Positions 1-9,681 of a DNA stretch of 64,000 bases are shown here, piece by piece. Position numbers and translations under genes: made by a program. The number at the start of each line of letters is the position of its first letter. Position 1 is the stretch's first letter. The notes beneath the pieces are model-generated. The model made no database searches. It saw only the letters and a list, made by a program, of their open reading frames with translations, and was not told where the DNA came from. Source of the stretch: Desulfobacterales bacterium (GTDB taxonomy: Bacteria; Desulfobacterota; Desulfobacteria; Desulfobacterales; JAFDDL01); assembly GCA_034003325.1 (NCBI GenBank), contig JAVEYW010000002.1:214189-278188 (forward strand), written 5' to 3'.

Positions 1-1878
1 GATCATTTCCCGAATCTGCGTTTCCATGCCGGTCCAGAACAAGCCGCCGCTTTCGGTGTCAAAAAGTATGACAGGCACCTGCTCTGAAATGGACAGCTTC
101 ATATTACACAGGGTGATGCCGAGTTCTTCCAGTGAGCCCAGTCCGCCGACATTGAAGATGGGAAATGAAGCGATTTCAAACCATTTTTGTCGGCTGTGGC
201 GGCAGGTGGATTGAAACACCTGACAAAAATCCACATCCGTTGTCATGGATTGGTCTGTGATTTCCAGGTAGTTGGCGCCGGAGAGAATCCCGCGCTCACG
301 CGCTAGGGTATTGGCCTGTTCCATGACGCCGCTGCCGCCTCCCGTGACGATGCCAATTCGTTTTCCCCAAAATTCCACCAGCGTGTCCATGAGCCGGCCC
401 AACCGGGCGTAGCCGTTTTCGGACAGGATCATATTCGAGCCGTAAAAAGCGAACAGCATGGATTTGTGAAAATCAGCCAGGCGTTCCGGAACGACGAAAT
501 ACCCCATACCGTCGCGCATGGTGTGTTCCATCAATTGATGATTCACTCCACAGATCCAATAGGTGTCCAATCCGAAGGCCTGGTACTCCCGTAAGTGGCT
601 GTGATCCTGCTCCGAGAGAAACTGTCCATGCTCTCTGGAGGCTTCAAAAAAATAGACCGCGCTGATGAGGCCGTCCGCTGCCAGGTTGATAATATCCCGA
701 TGCTCCAGAAGATTCGGGAAATATTTCAGAGCCAGAATGCCAGATTTGCCGCTCAATGCCTTTTGAAGATGGGCCGTGCCGTATTTATGAGGGCACTGGC
801 TATGAAGGGAATAATCCCGCCGGGCCGTTACACACGCAGCTGGTGACACCGGGCAACGCGCCGGCGGTCCGTTCATGAATATCTGCGCATCCTTCAAGGC
901 ACCGGGTTTATTCGGTATCAACGCCACCGGCCGGTCGAGGTAATGGCAGTTGCCACCCTTCCGGCAATCCATTGCGGCCTCCAGCTTTTTCATCTCTTTA
1001 AAGGGATACAGCGTGCTGCCGTGAACGGATGTTCTGGGAGCGGATCGCTTCTCTTTTTTGGGGACGCGGTATATTTTCGCAGATATCAGCGGGTTCACGA
1101 TGGGGTGAGCGCTGCCGTTGACAATTTCAAGAAAAATGCGAATCCCCCGTGTTTTGATTGGATCAAGAATCGTGGCGGGCAAGTGTTTTCCTAAGGAAAG
1201 CCCGCTTTGCAGCGCCACATAATGCTCGTTGAGATACATCGAGCAGGTCGTGATGACGCCTTTGCCGGGCGCGATGGTGACGGCCGGCACCGGTTCGCGA
1301 ATCTGAAACCGGTTTAAAAGCTCTCTGCCGTTCTCACGAAACAAGATTCGGCCAAAGGTCTCCTTGTCCAGGCCGGGCTTGAGTTTGCAAATGACCTTAT
1401 GCGGCGTAATTAGGATGCTGCCGTCGCTTGATATGGTAGTTGACGCCGGCAGTTTGAGTGTTGCCTGGTTGATGGCATCGATGACTTCCCCGGAGGTCAG
1501 AAGCGCCTCCGGGTTGAGGTAAACCAAACGCCCCACGGGAAGTCCGATGGTAAAGAAGTCTTTGAGAATCTTAATATCGGGATACCCGCCAATAACCGAG
1601 GATGCCTCCAGATCCAAAATCAGGGTATTGCCTTCCAATCGCTCGGCACAGGGCGGCTCTCCCTGAATGGTTACACCCAACCTGGCGATTCGGGAGCGTT
1701 CACTATATACCAGGTGCTCAGCGTGATATTTCAACCGCTCCACAAAGGCGTCGGTCAGCTCAAAGGCGGCCTGAAATAGAATTCGCTGATCGTTGGATTC
1801 GACGACCTTTGTAATGATACCATCCCCGGACTGCAACAGTCCCCGAAAGGAACGGTTGTCCCATCGCTTTCGACTCAT
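1..1878 (-). CDS. Fusion protein: dCTP-deaminase/dUTPase-like domain, Cys/His-rich linker, LOG-family (TIGR00730/COG1611-type) domain. Partial; the C-terminus lies beyond the window start
   Basis: Not in the supplied ORF track because it has no stop in the window. Hand translation of the minus strand from ATG 1878-1876 (SD AGGAGA at 1890-1885) gives 626 uninterrupted codons down to nt 1. Motifs: ATILDPIKTRGIRIFLEIVNGSAHPIV (dUTPase-fold pattern); CRKGGNCH..CPVSPAAC..CPH; GIVTGGGSGVMEQAN and NVGGLGSLEEL (LOG-type GGGxGxM and GGxGxxxE-like). Confidence 0.75.
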   Translation of the reverse strand, partial: MSRKRWDNRSFRGLLQSGDGIITKVVESNDQRILFQAAFELTDAFVERLKYHAEHLVYSERSRIARLGVTIQGEPPCAERLEGNTLILDLEASSVIGGYPDIKILKDFFTIGLPVGRLVYLNPEALLTSGEVIDAINQATLKLPASTTISSDGSILITPHKVICKLKPGLDKETFGRILFRENGRELLNRFQIREPVPAVTIAPGKGVITTCSMYLNEHYVALQSGLSLGKHLPATILDPIKTRGIRIFLEIVNGSAHPIVNPLISAKIYRVPKKEKRSAPRTSVHGSTLYPFKEMKKLEAAMDCRKGGNCHYLDRPVALIPNKPGALKDAQIFMNGPPARCPVSPAACVTARRDYSLHSQCPHKYGTAHLQKALSGKSGILALKYFPNLLEHRDIINLAADGLISAVYFFEASREHGQFLSEQDHSHLREYQAFGLDTYWICGVNHQLMEHTMRDGMGYFVVPERLADFHKSMLFAFYGSNMILSENGYARLGRLMDTLVEFWGKRIGIVTGGGSGVMEQANTLARERGILSGANYLEITDQSMTTDVDFCQVFQSTCRHSRQKWFEIASFPIFNVGGLGSLEELGITLCNMKLSISEQVPVILFDTESGGLFWTGMETQIREMI

Positions 1879-1962
1879 ACTTTTTCTCCTACCACAATTT
1901 ACGTGGATTGCGATCACTTCGGCCTGTGCGCACTGGACATTACCGGCATATAGTGAATCAGG

Positions 1963-4935
1963 TCACATCTCATGGAAAACAGCACACTCGTTTCTCCGGG
2001 CATCCACCTTCAGGGTGAGCGGCCTGGCAGGATGAACATGCGTGACAAATAACAAGTCCCGATGCACCGATGGTGTGGTCAGTCGGGACCAGTCCAAGAC
2101 ATCGGTTTGATTGTCGGAAATCGTGATATAGGGGATGCCCAGGGTCGTGATATTATGAAAAAAATGAGACCCTTGAGAGGGATCTGCCCGCATCTGCGGA
2201 TGACTTGCCTCTATGATGGCCTGCACGCCGAAGATGTCTGTCCATTTCACCGGTATGCCGAGCCAACGATCCGCAGAACCCCACCGGCCCGGACCGATCA
2301 GCAGGTATTTCTTGTTTTCTGTTGTCAACAGATTGTTCAGATAACCGATTTCTTTGGCGATGTCCAGAGTCCGCGTGGGACTGAACACCTCGGGTTTAAC
2401 GAAAACAATGTCCGTAACGGCCTCTTTTTTGGCGTGACCGAGCGCATTTTTGGAATAACAAAAGGCGCGTTGTCTCTCTTCGGCCGACAGGCTGAGCGCT
2501 GAAAACTCGGCGCCGGCCGACATCGGCCGCATTTGCAGCACCGCAAAACTCGGCTTTCTGTCCGAATCATGAGAGAGGTTGACTGAAAATTCGATTTCCA
2601 CCGGGCACCCCATGCCCTCTTCGCCCAATTTCAAAATATCGTTCAACAAGCCCGGCAAGGGTATCAAATTATATTTAAGCACCTGTGAAAAGGTCAGCAC
2701 GCGTGCTCCGGGAATTTGGGTGGTCTCCTTGATTCGGTTTTCCTCGGGCGCATAGGTGCCGGCCAGCAGGCGCATCGGCAACTCGTCGGCCGCATCCGCA
2801 ATTTTGCGCCTGACCAGACTTTTTTCATCGTTATGGGTCAGCGAATGCGGAATTCCGTCCAGTTTTAGGGCGTAAAAATGCTGTTGCGCGTTTTCCAGCA
2901 CATCTTCCACCCGGGCGTGCTGGGGAAGATGCTTTGGAAATCTCGGGGAGAAGCGAAGCACTTTTTCCCCTTCCATCACGCTTTTTCCCAGTCCCAGGGC
3001 AATGGCGGCAATGCCGTCTTCCGCTTTTGCCGGCGAAAAGGGATAAAAGTTATGGGATTGCGCGACACCCGAAATGGCGGGGTAAAAATAGCCGCCATAA
3101 TGATCCCCTTCCATCCGCTGAACAATGACCGCCATTTTTTCTTCTTCGGTTCGGTGCCCCACTCGCCTTGAAAACGCTTTGGGCCCTTGAAAATAGGTGG
3201 AGGCGAACACCAGCTTGATGGCCGTAATCAGATGCGCCAGACGGATCTCCAGTATCGGATGATCGTTGGAAATCATATAGGTGCGATAAAGCCCGGCATA
3301 GGCAAAGGCGTGGGCGTCCTCCAACAGGCTTGAAGAGCGAATCGCCAACGGGTACGTAATCTGGCCCAGATATGCCCTTAAGTCCTGTTTGATCCATTCG
3401 GGAAATCGTCCCGCCATGAACCGCTCGGCCACGATTTCATCCGGAAGCGTTTCGTTGGAAAGGCGTTTTAACTTGTTTGTTTCCACAAACGAATCAAAGG
3501 CATCGGTGGTGATAACGAGTGTCTGGGGCACCAGAATATCCGCGGCCGAATATTTTTCGTATAAGGCGCTGCTGCTGTGCAACAGCTTGGAAACAAAGGC
3601 CAAGCCCCGGGCCTTTCCGCCCAGAGAGCCCTTTCCGATTTTGAAAAAATCCGTATCCGGATCAAAATCGTCCGCCTCGAAATCAGCCACTACTCCCTTT
3701 TGCCGCTGTTTGCGCCGGGCCCGGATAATGGACAGGACATAATGGCGATGGTTTTCCAAATCAAAGGAAAAATCGGCGTGCGTGATGGGCCGCAGCTTGC
3801 TGGCCAACATGATTTCGGTCCGGGCAAAAAGCCATCTGGAAAAATCATTATGATTGCAATGATGATAAAAGGACTCCGACGGAATGGTTCTAATACCCGC
3901 TTCAAGCGCCCGCAAATTGCCGGCGCGCGCGAGCTCCCGGCCGTCCGGCCATCTGAAAACAAATTCCCCGAAGCCAAGATGATCCAGGAAAAACGAGCGC
4001 ACCTCCTCATGCAGGGAAGGTGAGTTTTTATCGACAAAAACAGCCGGAATGGATTTAGCCTTGGACGCATTTTCCGGATCCGAGCTGGTGAGCAACAGGG
4101 GAATATCAAAGCGCTCCTGCTTGATGCGCTTGAGAAAGGTTACCCCGGCTGCATCATCTCTTTCACAATTTCTGGAAAACCGCACATCCGAGATAACGCC
4201 CAGCACATAGGGCTCAAATTGCTCATAGAGACTCACGGCCTCCTCATAACTGCCCGCCACAAGGATTTTCGGGCGCGCCCGCATTGTCAGCAACCGGTGC
4301 TCTTCATTCAAGCCCTCTTCAAGAACCGCCTGGGTCTGAGTGACCAGTTCCTTGTATAGCATCGGTAGCAGGGACGTGATGTAGTACGGGCTGTCCTCCA
4401 CGAAAAGAATCACGCGAATCCCGGCCGCCCGGGTGTCATGGGCCGCGTTCAGTCGATCTTCAGCACTTTTGATCAGCGCCACCAGAATATCCGTATTGCC
4501 GGACCAGGCAAAGATTCTATCAATCCCGGCCGGCAGCATGCCGTCCGGTGCGCACTCCCGGGCCGGCGGAATTCGATGGGTCATGATGATCACGGGAATT
4601 TCCGGGTCTTTTTCCTTGATCCGCTGACCCAAAGAAAAGGAGTCCATGCCCCAGACCCGGGGCATGGTGATCACCATGTCGAACTTTTTTTGATCGATTT
4701 CGCCAAGGGCCTCCTCGCCGGAGCCCACCCAGTGAAGCCGCGGCGGATGGCTGAGGTTTAAGCCCTCGTATTCATGAATGATGCGCTCATACAACCGGCA
4801 GTCTTCATCCATGATCCAGGCATCATACGGGGTTGAAACCAGCAGAATATCCGCGACCTTTTTTTGCATCAGATCATGAAAAATCCTGAAGCGCGGATCA
4901 AACTCTTCCGCAAAATAATCGACCTCGATCGTCAC
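1963..4935 (-). CDS. PEP/pyruvate-binding (PPDK_N, ATP-grasp) domain protein with two N-terminal receiver-like domains; no phosphohistidine or PEP-utilising domains evident
   Basis: 990-aa ORF. GKGSLGGKARGLAFV and AIRSSSLLEDAHAFAYAGLYRTY match the nucleotide-binding N-domain of PEP synthase/PPDK. Two CheY-like segments precede it (ADILLVSTPYD.., IRVILFVEDSP..GVISDVRF). Confidence 0.85.
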   Translation of the reverse strand: MTIEVDYFAEEFDPRFRIFHDLMQKKVADILLVSTPYDAWIMDEDCRLYERIIHEYEGLNLSHPPRLHWVGSGEEALGEIDQKKFDMVITMPRVWGMDSFSLGQRIKEKDPEIPVIIMTHRIPPARECAPDGMLPAGIDRIFAWSGNTDILVALIKSAEDRLNAAHDTRAAGIRVILFVEDSPYYITSLLPMLYKELVTQTQAVLEEGLNEEHRLLTMRARPKILVAGSYEEAVSLYEQFEPYVLGVISDVRFSRNCERDDAAGVTFLKRIKQERFDIPLLLTSSDPENASKAKSIPAVFVDKNSPSLHEEVRSFFLDHLGFGEFVFRWPDGRELARAGNLRALEAGIRTIPSESFYHHCNHNDFSRWLFARTEIMLASKLRPITHADFSFDLENHRHYVLSIIRARRKQRQKGVVADFEADDFDPDTDFFKIGKGSLGGKARGLAFVSKLLHSSSALYEKYSAADILVPQTLVITTDAFDSFVETNKLKRLSNETLPDEIVAERFMAGRFPEWIKQDLRAYLGQITYPLAIRSSSLLEDAHAFAYAGLYRTYMISNDHPILEIRLAHLITAIKLVFASTYFQGPKAFSRRVGHRTEEEKMAVIVQRMEGDHYGGYFYPAISGVAQSHNFYPFSPAKAEDGIAAIALGLGKSVMEGEKVLRFSPRFPKHLPQHARVEDVLENAQQHFYALKLDGIPHSLTHNDEKSLVRRKIADAADELPMRLLAGTYAPEENRIKETTQIPGARVLTFSQVLKYNLIPLPGLLNDILKLGEEGMGCPVEIEFSVNLSHDSDRKPSFAVLQMRPMSAGAEFSALSLSAEERQRAFCYSKNALGHAKKEAVTDIVFVKPEVFSPTRTLDIAKEIGYLNNLLTTENKKYLLIGPGRWGSADRWLGIPVKWTDIFGVQAIIEASHPQMRADPSQGSHFFHNITTLGIPYITISDNQTDVLDWSRLTTPSVHRDLLFVTHVHPARPLTLKVDARRNECAVFHEM

Positions 4936-4975
4936 CGTTACGCCCTTTCAAAGGTCAGCACACGTTTGACCGCTC

Positions 4976-5569
4976 TTAATAGGATTCCAGCTTGTCCATC
5001 TCGATTTTATAGCAGTCCGGGCAAAGACCATGAGAGAAATCAACATCCCAATTATTCTTGAAATAGGCCTCTACCAGCGTCCAGGATGCTTTATCGTCTC
5101 GAATTTTCCTGCAAATGGAACAGATGGGGATGATGCGCCGCAATTCGGCTATCTCGCTGATATCCTCAATCACAAGCAGGACAAGGGACCTGCTCTGAAA
5201 GGAAAAGGGAGAAGCGGAGATCAGTGCATAAATCTCGATTTTGTTCCCGTCCCGGGTGAGTTCCATCCTTGTACGACAGCGAATAATCCGATTTCCCCGG
5301 AAAGATTCGGAGACGGAATTCCTGACCATACATTTTTTACAGAATGGCGCTCTACCGCACCCCTCCGGTGTTTCATGCGAATGTAAACAATGCAGAATTT
5401 CGCCGGCACGCTGTTTAATGACGGCCTTCCTCTCAGCCCCTAAAAGTTCGGACGCCGCTGCATTGTATTCTTGAATCCTCACGTCCCGATCGACCACAAA
5501 AACCAGTGAGGGCATCGCATCAAATACCGCCCTGAGCATGTCTTGTTTTTCTTTTTCTATCATGGTCAT
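4976..5569 (-). CDS. Small PAS-like sensor protein with two Cys/His clusters, including a C-terminal CxxC..HxxCxxC motif
   Basis: 197-aa ORF. The N-terminus LRAVFDAMPSLVFVVDRDVRIQEYNAAASELLG is PAS-like. Cluster 1 is HCLHSHETPEGCGRAPFCKKC. Cluster 2 is ICSICRKIRDDKASWTLVEAYF..FSHGLCPDCY. Confidence 0.8.
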   Translation of the reverse strand: MTMIEKEKQDMLRAVFDAMPSLVFVVDRDVRIQEYNAAASELLGAERKAVIKQRAGEILHCLHSHETPEGCGRAPFCKKCMVRNSVSESFRGNRIIRCRTRMELTRDGNKIEIYALISASPFSFQSRSLVLLVIEDISEIAELRRIIPICSICRKIRDDKASWTLVEAYFKNNWDVDFSHGLCPDCYKIEMDKLESY

Positions 5570-6214
5570 AAAATTCTTTCCGAGTCATGGCTTACCACGG
5601 CGGATACTGGACGCCGGATTGGGGATTGTATCCCATAATGTTTTCAGGAATTGTAATTACACCCCTATCTGAAGCTGCTCTTGTTTGCCTTCGGCCGTAT
5701 TGACAAACCTCCCGTGATCCCAACGAATCGTCCTTCATACATCGTCTGATTGCTGTAAATTACGGCTGGAAAGGTAGACCCGTATTTTCGAAGCAAGGTA
5801 TATTCATTGCCGCAAACGCTGATTTCGACCCATTGATCCTCCAGAGCGGATGAGGATAAACGCCTCGATAACGGTTTTTTCTGCTTTCAGTATAGGGAGA
5901 TGCCATGCTGTTGTCAAAGGCACGCGCCATCTATAGCTATAGCATTTTTATATCTAATTCAAGATGATTACATTGTTGGAACGAAGGCAATGTGTTTGTG
6001 TGTTGCCGCTTGATTTTGACGCCTGAATCTGAATGACCAGGTCCTTTCAGGGAAAAACCAGGATCATCTTTACAACGGCAAATAAAGTGGGGTACAAAAT
6101 TCGAACGGCGGCGCTTCATACCGGAAATACCGCCACTACATTCCGGCGGCTGAATTACTGAAGCGATATTACTCATTCAGCAGCACCGAAAAGAATACAC
6201 CCAAAGGAAATGAT

Positions 6215-6763
6215 ATGACGGCAACAGTCAACAGCAGCAAACGCCTGCACAAAGGCAGGGTGTTCGAGATGTTCTCGGAAAATATCACCCTGGCCAACGG
6301 CGTCACTACCGATATTGACATTCTTCGGCATCCGGGGGCCGCGGCCATCGTGCCCATGGCGGATGAAAAAACCCTGGTATGGATTCGCCAGTACCGCCAC
6401 GCCGTGGGCGATTATATCTGGGAGATCCCCGCGGGCACGCTTGATCCAAAGGAGGCTCCGCTGGTTTGCGCGAAACGCGAGCTGATCGAGGAAACCGGGT
6501 TTTCCGCGCAAACCTGGCTGCCGATCGGCCGGATCGTGCCCGTGCCGGGATATTCAAATGAACGGATTCACCTGTATCTTGCCAGTGATCTTAGCCTCGA
6601 AAAACAGGATCTGGACCGGGATGAGTTGCTGGAGGTGCACCAAATCCCGCTGGCCGAAGCGGTTGACATGGTTCTTTCCGGAAAGGTTGTCGATGCCAAG
6701 ACCATCTGCGGGTTAATGCTGGCCAAGCAGCACCTGGAAAAGGTATCGGCAACCCGGCGCTAA
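6215..6763 (+). CDS. NUDIX hydrolase (ADP-ribose pyrophosphatase-like)
   Basis: 182-aa ORF with Nudix box GTLDPKEAPLVCAKRELIEETGF (GX5EX7REUXEEXGU). SD AAAGGAAA lies upstream of the ATG. Confidence 0.9.
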   Translation: MTATVNSSKRLHKGRVFEMFSENITLANGVTTDIDILRHPGAAAIVPMADEKTLVWIRQYRHAVGDYIWEIPAGTLDPKEAPLVCAKRELIEETGFSAQTWLPIGRIVPVPGYSNERIHLYLASDLSLEKQDLDRDELLEVHQIPLAEAVDMVLSGKVVDAKTICGLMLAKQHLEKVSATRR

Positions 6764-6777
6764 GCGAGCGCGCTGTT

Positions 6778-7641
6778 TTAAATGGCGTGGTAAAAGGCGC
6801 GATGCATGTCGTTGACTGCGGCTATTCGTTCCGGGGTCAGAAAATAGCCGTAAATGGGGTCCGATGCCGACACGGGGGCGTTTAACAGGAAGGTTTCAAT
6901 CCGGCTGAGCGCCTCAATGGATTTATCGCAGGTGGGATATCCTTTTTCATCCAACGCAGGCGTCGCTTGGAAACATACCCGGCAGACATTGTTGATATCG
7001 ACCAGAACCAGGGCGCCCGCCGGTGTGAGCAGCAGATTTCCGATCCCGGCCAGATCCGGAATCAGTCGAGTCTCTAAAATCATGCGTCGAAGGCCGTCGA
7101 CAAACCGGGCAGCGTGTTGCCGAACCTGCCGAACCCAGTCTTTGGGCGAAAGACCATGGGGTTTTGCCCGAAAGGTCTGCGAGGCGGCGTTCGCCAGCTC
7201 GTTTTCGGCCAACGCCCAGGGGTCCACTATTTGGCCATCGACAAAGGTCTGCAGACCGCATAGAATGACCCGGTGTGTGCCGCCAACGCTGTAATCCGCG
7301 ACAAACTCTTCGGAAACAGCTATGTATTCGGCGGTTAAATAGGTCTGGATGCGCTTGAACCGTTCAATATCCTCAAGGGCCTCCGTCAAACTTGAGAATC
7401 TGGCCCTGAAGATTCTCAGCACCTTTAACGGAATGGCCCGCGGAAACCACAGGTGGCCGTCACGCAGGATTCCCGTGTTTTCCGATTGCACATCTTGTGG
7501 GTCCAGGATTTCCATCACATGAGACCGAAGGCCCTGGCGATAGTGCCTGCGAAACACAAACCGGTTGGGGCTGCGAATGAAATTCAGCCGCAGTACATCC
7601 TCCGGTTCGATCTGGTGCTGAGCGCGAATGTCCGGTTCCAT
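6778..7641 (-). CDS. Hypothetical protein, possibly with an atypical kinase-like fold
   Basis: 287-aa ORF convergent with the NUDIX gene. No confident family. The segment IPDLAGIGNLLLTPAGALVLVDINN loosely resembles a kinase catalytic loop plus metal-binding Asp. Confidence 0.6.
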   Translation of the reverse strand: MEPDIRAQHQIEPEDVLRLNFIRSPNRFVFRRHYRQGLRSHVMEILDPQDVQSENTGILRDGHLWFPRAIPLKVLRIFRARFSSLTEALEDIERFKRIQTYLTAEYIAVSEEFVADYSVGGTHRVILCGLQTFVDGQIVDPWALAENELANAASQTFRAKPHGLSPKDWVRQVRQHAARFVDGLRRMILETRLIPDLAGIGNLLLTPAGALVLVDINNVCRVCFQATPALDEKGYPTCDKSIEALSRIETFLLNAPVSASDPIYGYFLTPERIAAVNDMHRAFYHAI

Positions 7642-7696
7642 ACGGATTTAAAAACCATGATACAGGCGGCTTTGTCAATGCCGATAAGGAAACCGC

Positions 7697-9013
7697 ATGC
7701 TTTCAAATAAGAAGGCCATCTATGGGTGGGCCATATACGATTGGGCGAATTCCGCGTTTGCCACCACCGTGATGGCCGGTTTTTTCCCCCTTTTTTTCAA
7801 ACAATTCTGGAGCGCCGGCGTGGACGTAAATTTAAGCACGGCGCGCCTTGGACTCGGCAATGCCCTGGCCGGTCTTCTGGTAGCGTTTCTGGCGCCGGTT
7901 TTGGGGGCAGCGGCAGATGAAGGCGGAGCGCGCAAAAAGTTTCTCATCGCGTTTGCTTATTTAGGTGTTTTGATGACCGCTGCGCTGGCCATGATACAAA
8001 AGGGGCAATGGCAGTGGGCTGTGGTGGTGTATGCGATCGGCAGTGTCGGGTTTTCCGGCGCGAACGTATTTTATGATTCACTGCTGCCCCGGATTGCCGA
8101 AGAAAAGGATTGGGCTCGGGTGTCCAGTCTGGGCTATGCGTTGGGATATATAGGCGGCGGGCTGTTGTTTTTACTGAATGTGGTGATAACGCAACATCCG
8201 TCGTGGTTCGGACTTTCAAGCACGATCATAGCGGTCCGGCTTTCCTTTGTCAGCGTGGCCTTGTGGTGGGGTGGATTTACGGTATTTACCCTTTGCTGGG
8301 TACCGGAAGTGCGCCATGCCGATGCCGCCTCAACCCGCCGAATGGTTTTTGAAGGGTTTCGCCAATTGGCCAAAACTTTCAGGGAAATACGGCAACTTAA
8401 ACCCATATGGCTCTTTTTGCTGGCCTATTGGTGTTATATCGACGGCGTGGATACCATTGTGAAAATGGCGGTGGACTATGGGTTGTCTCTCGGGTTCGGG
8501 GCTTCGGATCTGATTTTGGCGCTGCTGCTGGTGCAATTTATCGGGTTTCCGGCGGCCCTGGCCTTTGGCCGCCTCGGCGCCGGATGGGGAGAGCGAAAGG
8601 CCATCTTTCTTGTTATCGGGATGTATATGGTGATTACGCTTTGGGGCGTATTTATGAAGCATCGGGTTGATTTTTACATTCTTGCCGCACTGGTCGGTCT
8701 GGCGCAGGGCGGCATTCAGGCCTTAAGCCGCTCCTATTATGCCCGTATGATTCCCATAGAAAAATCCGCTCAGTATTTCGGCTTTTATAACATGCTCGGC
8801 AAATTTGCCGCCATCATCGGCCCGGCCCTTGTGGGCGGCGCGGGTCTTTTGGCCAGGTATTTACTGATGCCAGATGCACCCTCTGAAACTCAGCTCTTAG
8901 CCGTCTCCCGCATGGCGGCCAGATGGAGCCTCAGTTCCATTTTGATTCTCTTTTTTCTGGGTGCTGGTTTGTTCTATTTCGCCGGCCGGCAAAAACCCCT
9001 CACCGGGCGCTGA
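7697..9013 (+). CDS. MFS transporter (UMF1/Atg22-like family)
   Basis: 438-aa polytopic ORF. The N-terminus KKAIYGWAIYDWANSAFATTVMAGFFPLFF is characteristic of this MFS subfamily. Confidence 0.85.
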   Translation: MLSNKKAIYGWAIYDWANSAFATTVMAGFFPLFFKQFWSAGVDVNLSTARLGLGNALAGLLVAFLAPVLGAAADEGGARKKFLIAFAYLGVLMTAALAMIQKGQWQWAVVVYAIGSVGFSGANVFYDSLLPRIAEEKDWARVSSLGYALGYIGGGLLFLLNVVITQHPSWFGLSSTIIAVRLSFVSVALWWGGFTVFTLCWVPEVRHADAASTRRMVFEGFRQLAKTFREIRQLKPIWLFLLAYWCYIDGVDTIVKMAVDYGLSLGFGASDLILALLLVQFIGFPAALAFGRLGAGWGERKAIFLVIGMYMVITLWGVFMKHRVDFYILAALVGLAQGGIQALSRSYYARMIPIEKSAQYFGFYNMLGKFAAIIGPALVGGAGLLARYLLMPDAPSETQLLAVSRMAARWSLSSILILFFLGAGLFYFAGRQKPLTGR

Positions 9014-9105
9014 CCGTGAACAACTTGTTTTGATCGCGGGGATCGGAATCGAGCAGAAGAATAGTCGATTCCAAAATACGACTATCGATTTCGGGCAGCC
9101 ACGGA

Positions 9106-9594
9106 TTACGACCGCACAATTAAAACCGAACAGGGGGACCGGCGGACAATATTTTCGGCGACACTGCCGAAATAAAGCCGTTTGGGTCCCGTGCGGCCGT
9201 GAGTGGCCATGACAATCAGATCAATCCCTTTTTCTTCCGCATAGTCATTTATAGCCCGATAGGTATGCTCATCAAGCGCGATAAACATCTCATAGGAAAT
9301 ATCCCCGATGTGTTCGCGGACAAACGCCTTAATCATTACTTTGGCTACATCCAGAACCACCGTGGAAAAGCCTGAGAAGGGTTTTTCCATGCATGCTCTT
9401 TCTATATCTTCCTGGGTTCCCCATGCCTCGAGTATTCTCTCGCGGTATATCTCCGAAAGAGGATTGCTGATAATATGGGCGACCGTCAAGGTTCCACCGT
9501 GGCGTTGCACCATCATGGCCGCTCGTTTGAGCGCCATGGCTGAATTCGGCTCAAAGTCAATCGGGCAAAGAATTTTTTCATATGGTTTTAACAT
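9106..9594 (-). CDS. Universal stress protein (UspA family)
   Basis: IDLIVMATHGRTGPKRLYFGSVAENIVRRSPCSVLIVR. The ORF track extends to 9612. I moved the start to ATG 9594 because GGAGG sits 6 nt upstream of it. Confidence 0.9.
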   Translation of the reverse strand: MLKPYEKILCPIDFEPNSAMALKRAAMMVQRHGGTLTVAHIISNPLSEIYRERILEAWGTQEDIERACMEKPFSGFSTVVLDVAKVMIKAFVREHIGDISYEMFIALDEHTYRAINDYAEEKGIDLIVMATHGRTGPKRLYFGSVAENIVRRSPCSVLIVRS

Positions 9595-9681
9595 GCATGG
9601 CCTCCCCTTCAAAATTGAAAAGTGGCTGAAACTGCTTTTAAAATGGATGTTGGCGCCCTAATAGAACATAACCGACCCGTC

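Noticed and set aside
5570-6214. 645-bp gap between the PAS operon and the NUDIX gene, examined for a riboswitch, sRNA or pseudogene
   Set aside because: I found no match to riboswitch cores I know (TPP, SAM, c-di-GMP, cobalamin). A minus-strand open frame of about 70 codons (about 5690-5900, ..EDQWVEISVCGNEYTLLRKYG..) has no start codon or SD and no recognisable family. The 79-aa ORF at 5937-6176 has no supporting features. The region is left unannotated.
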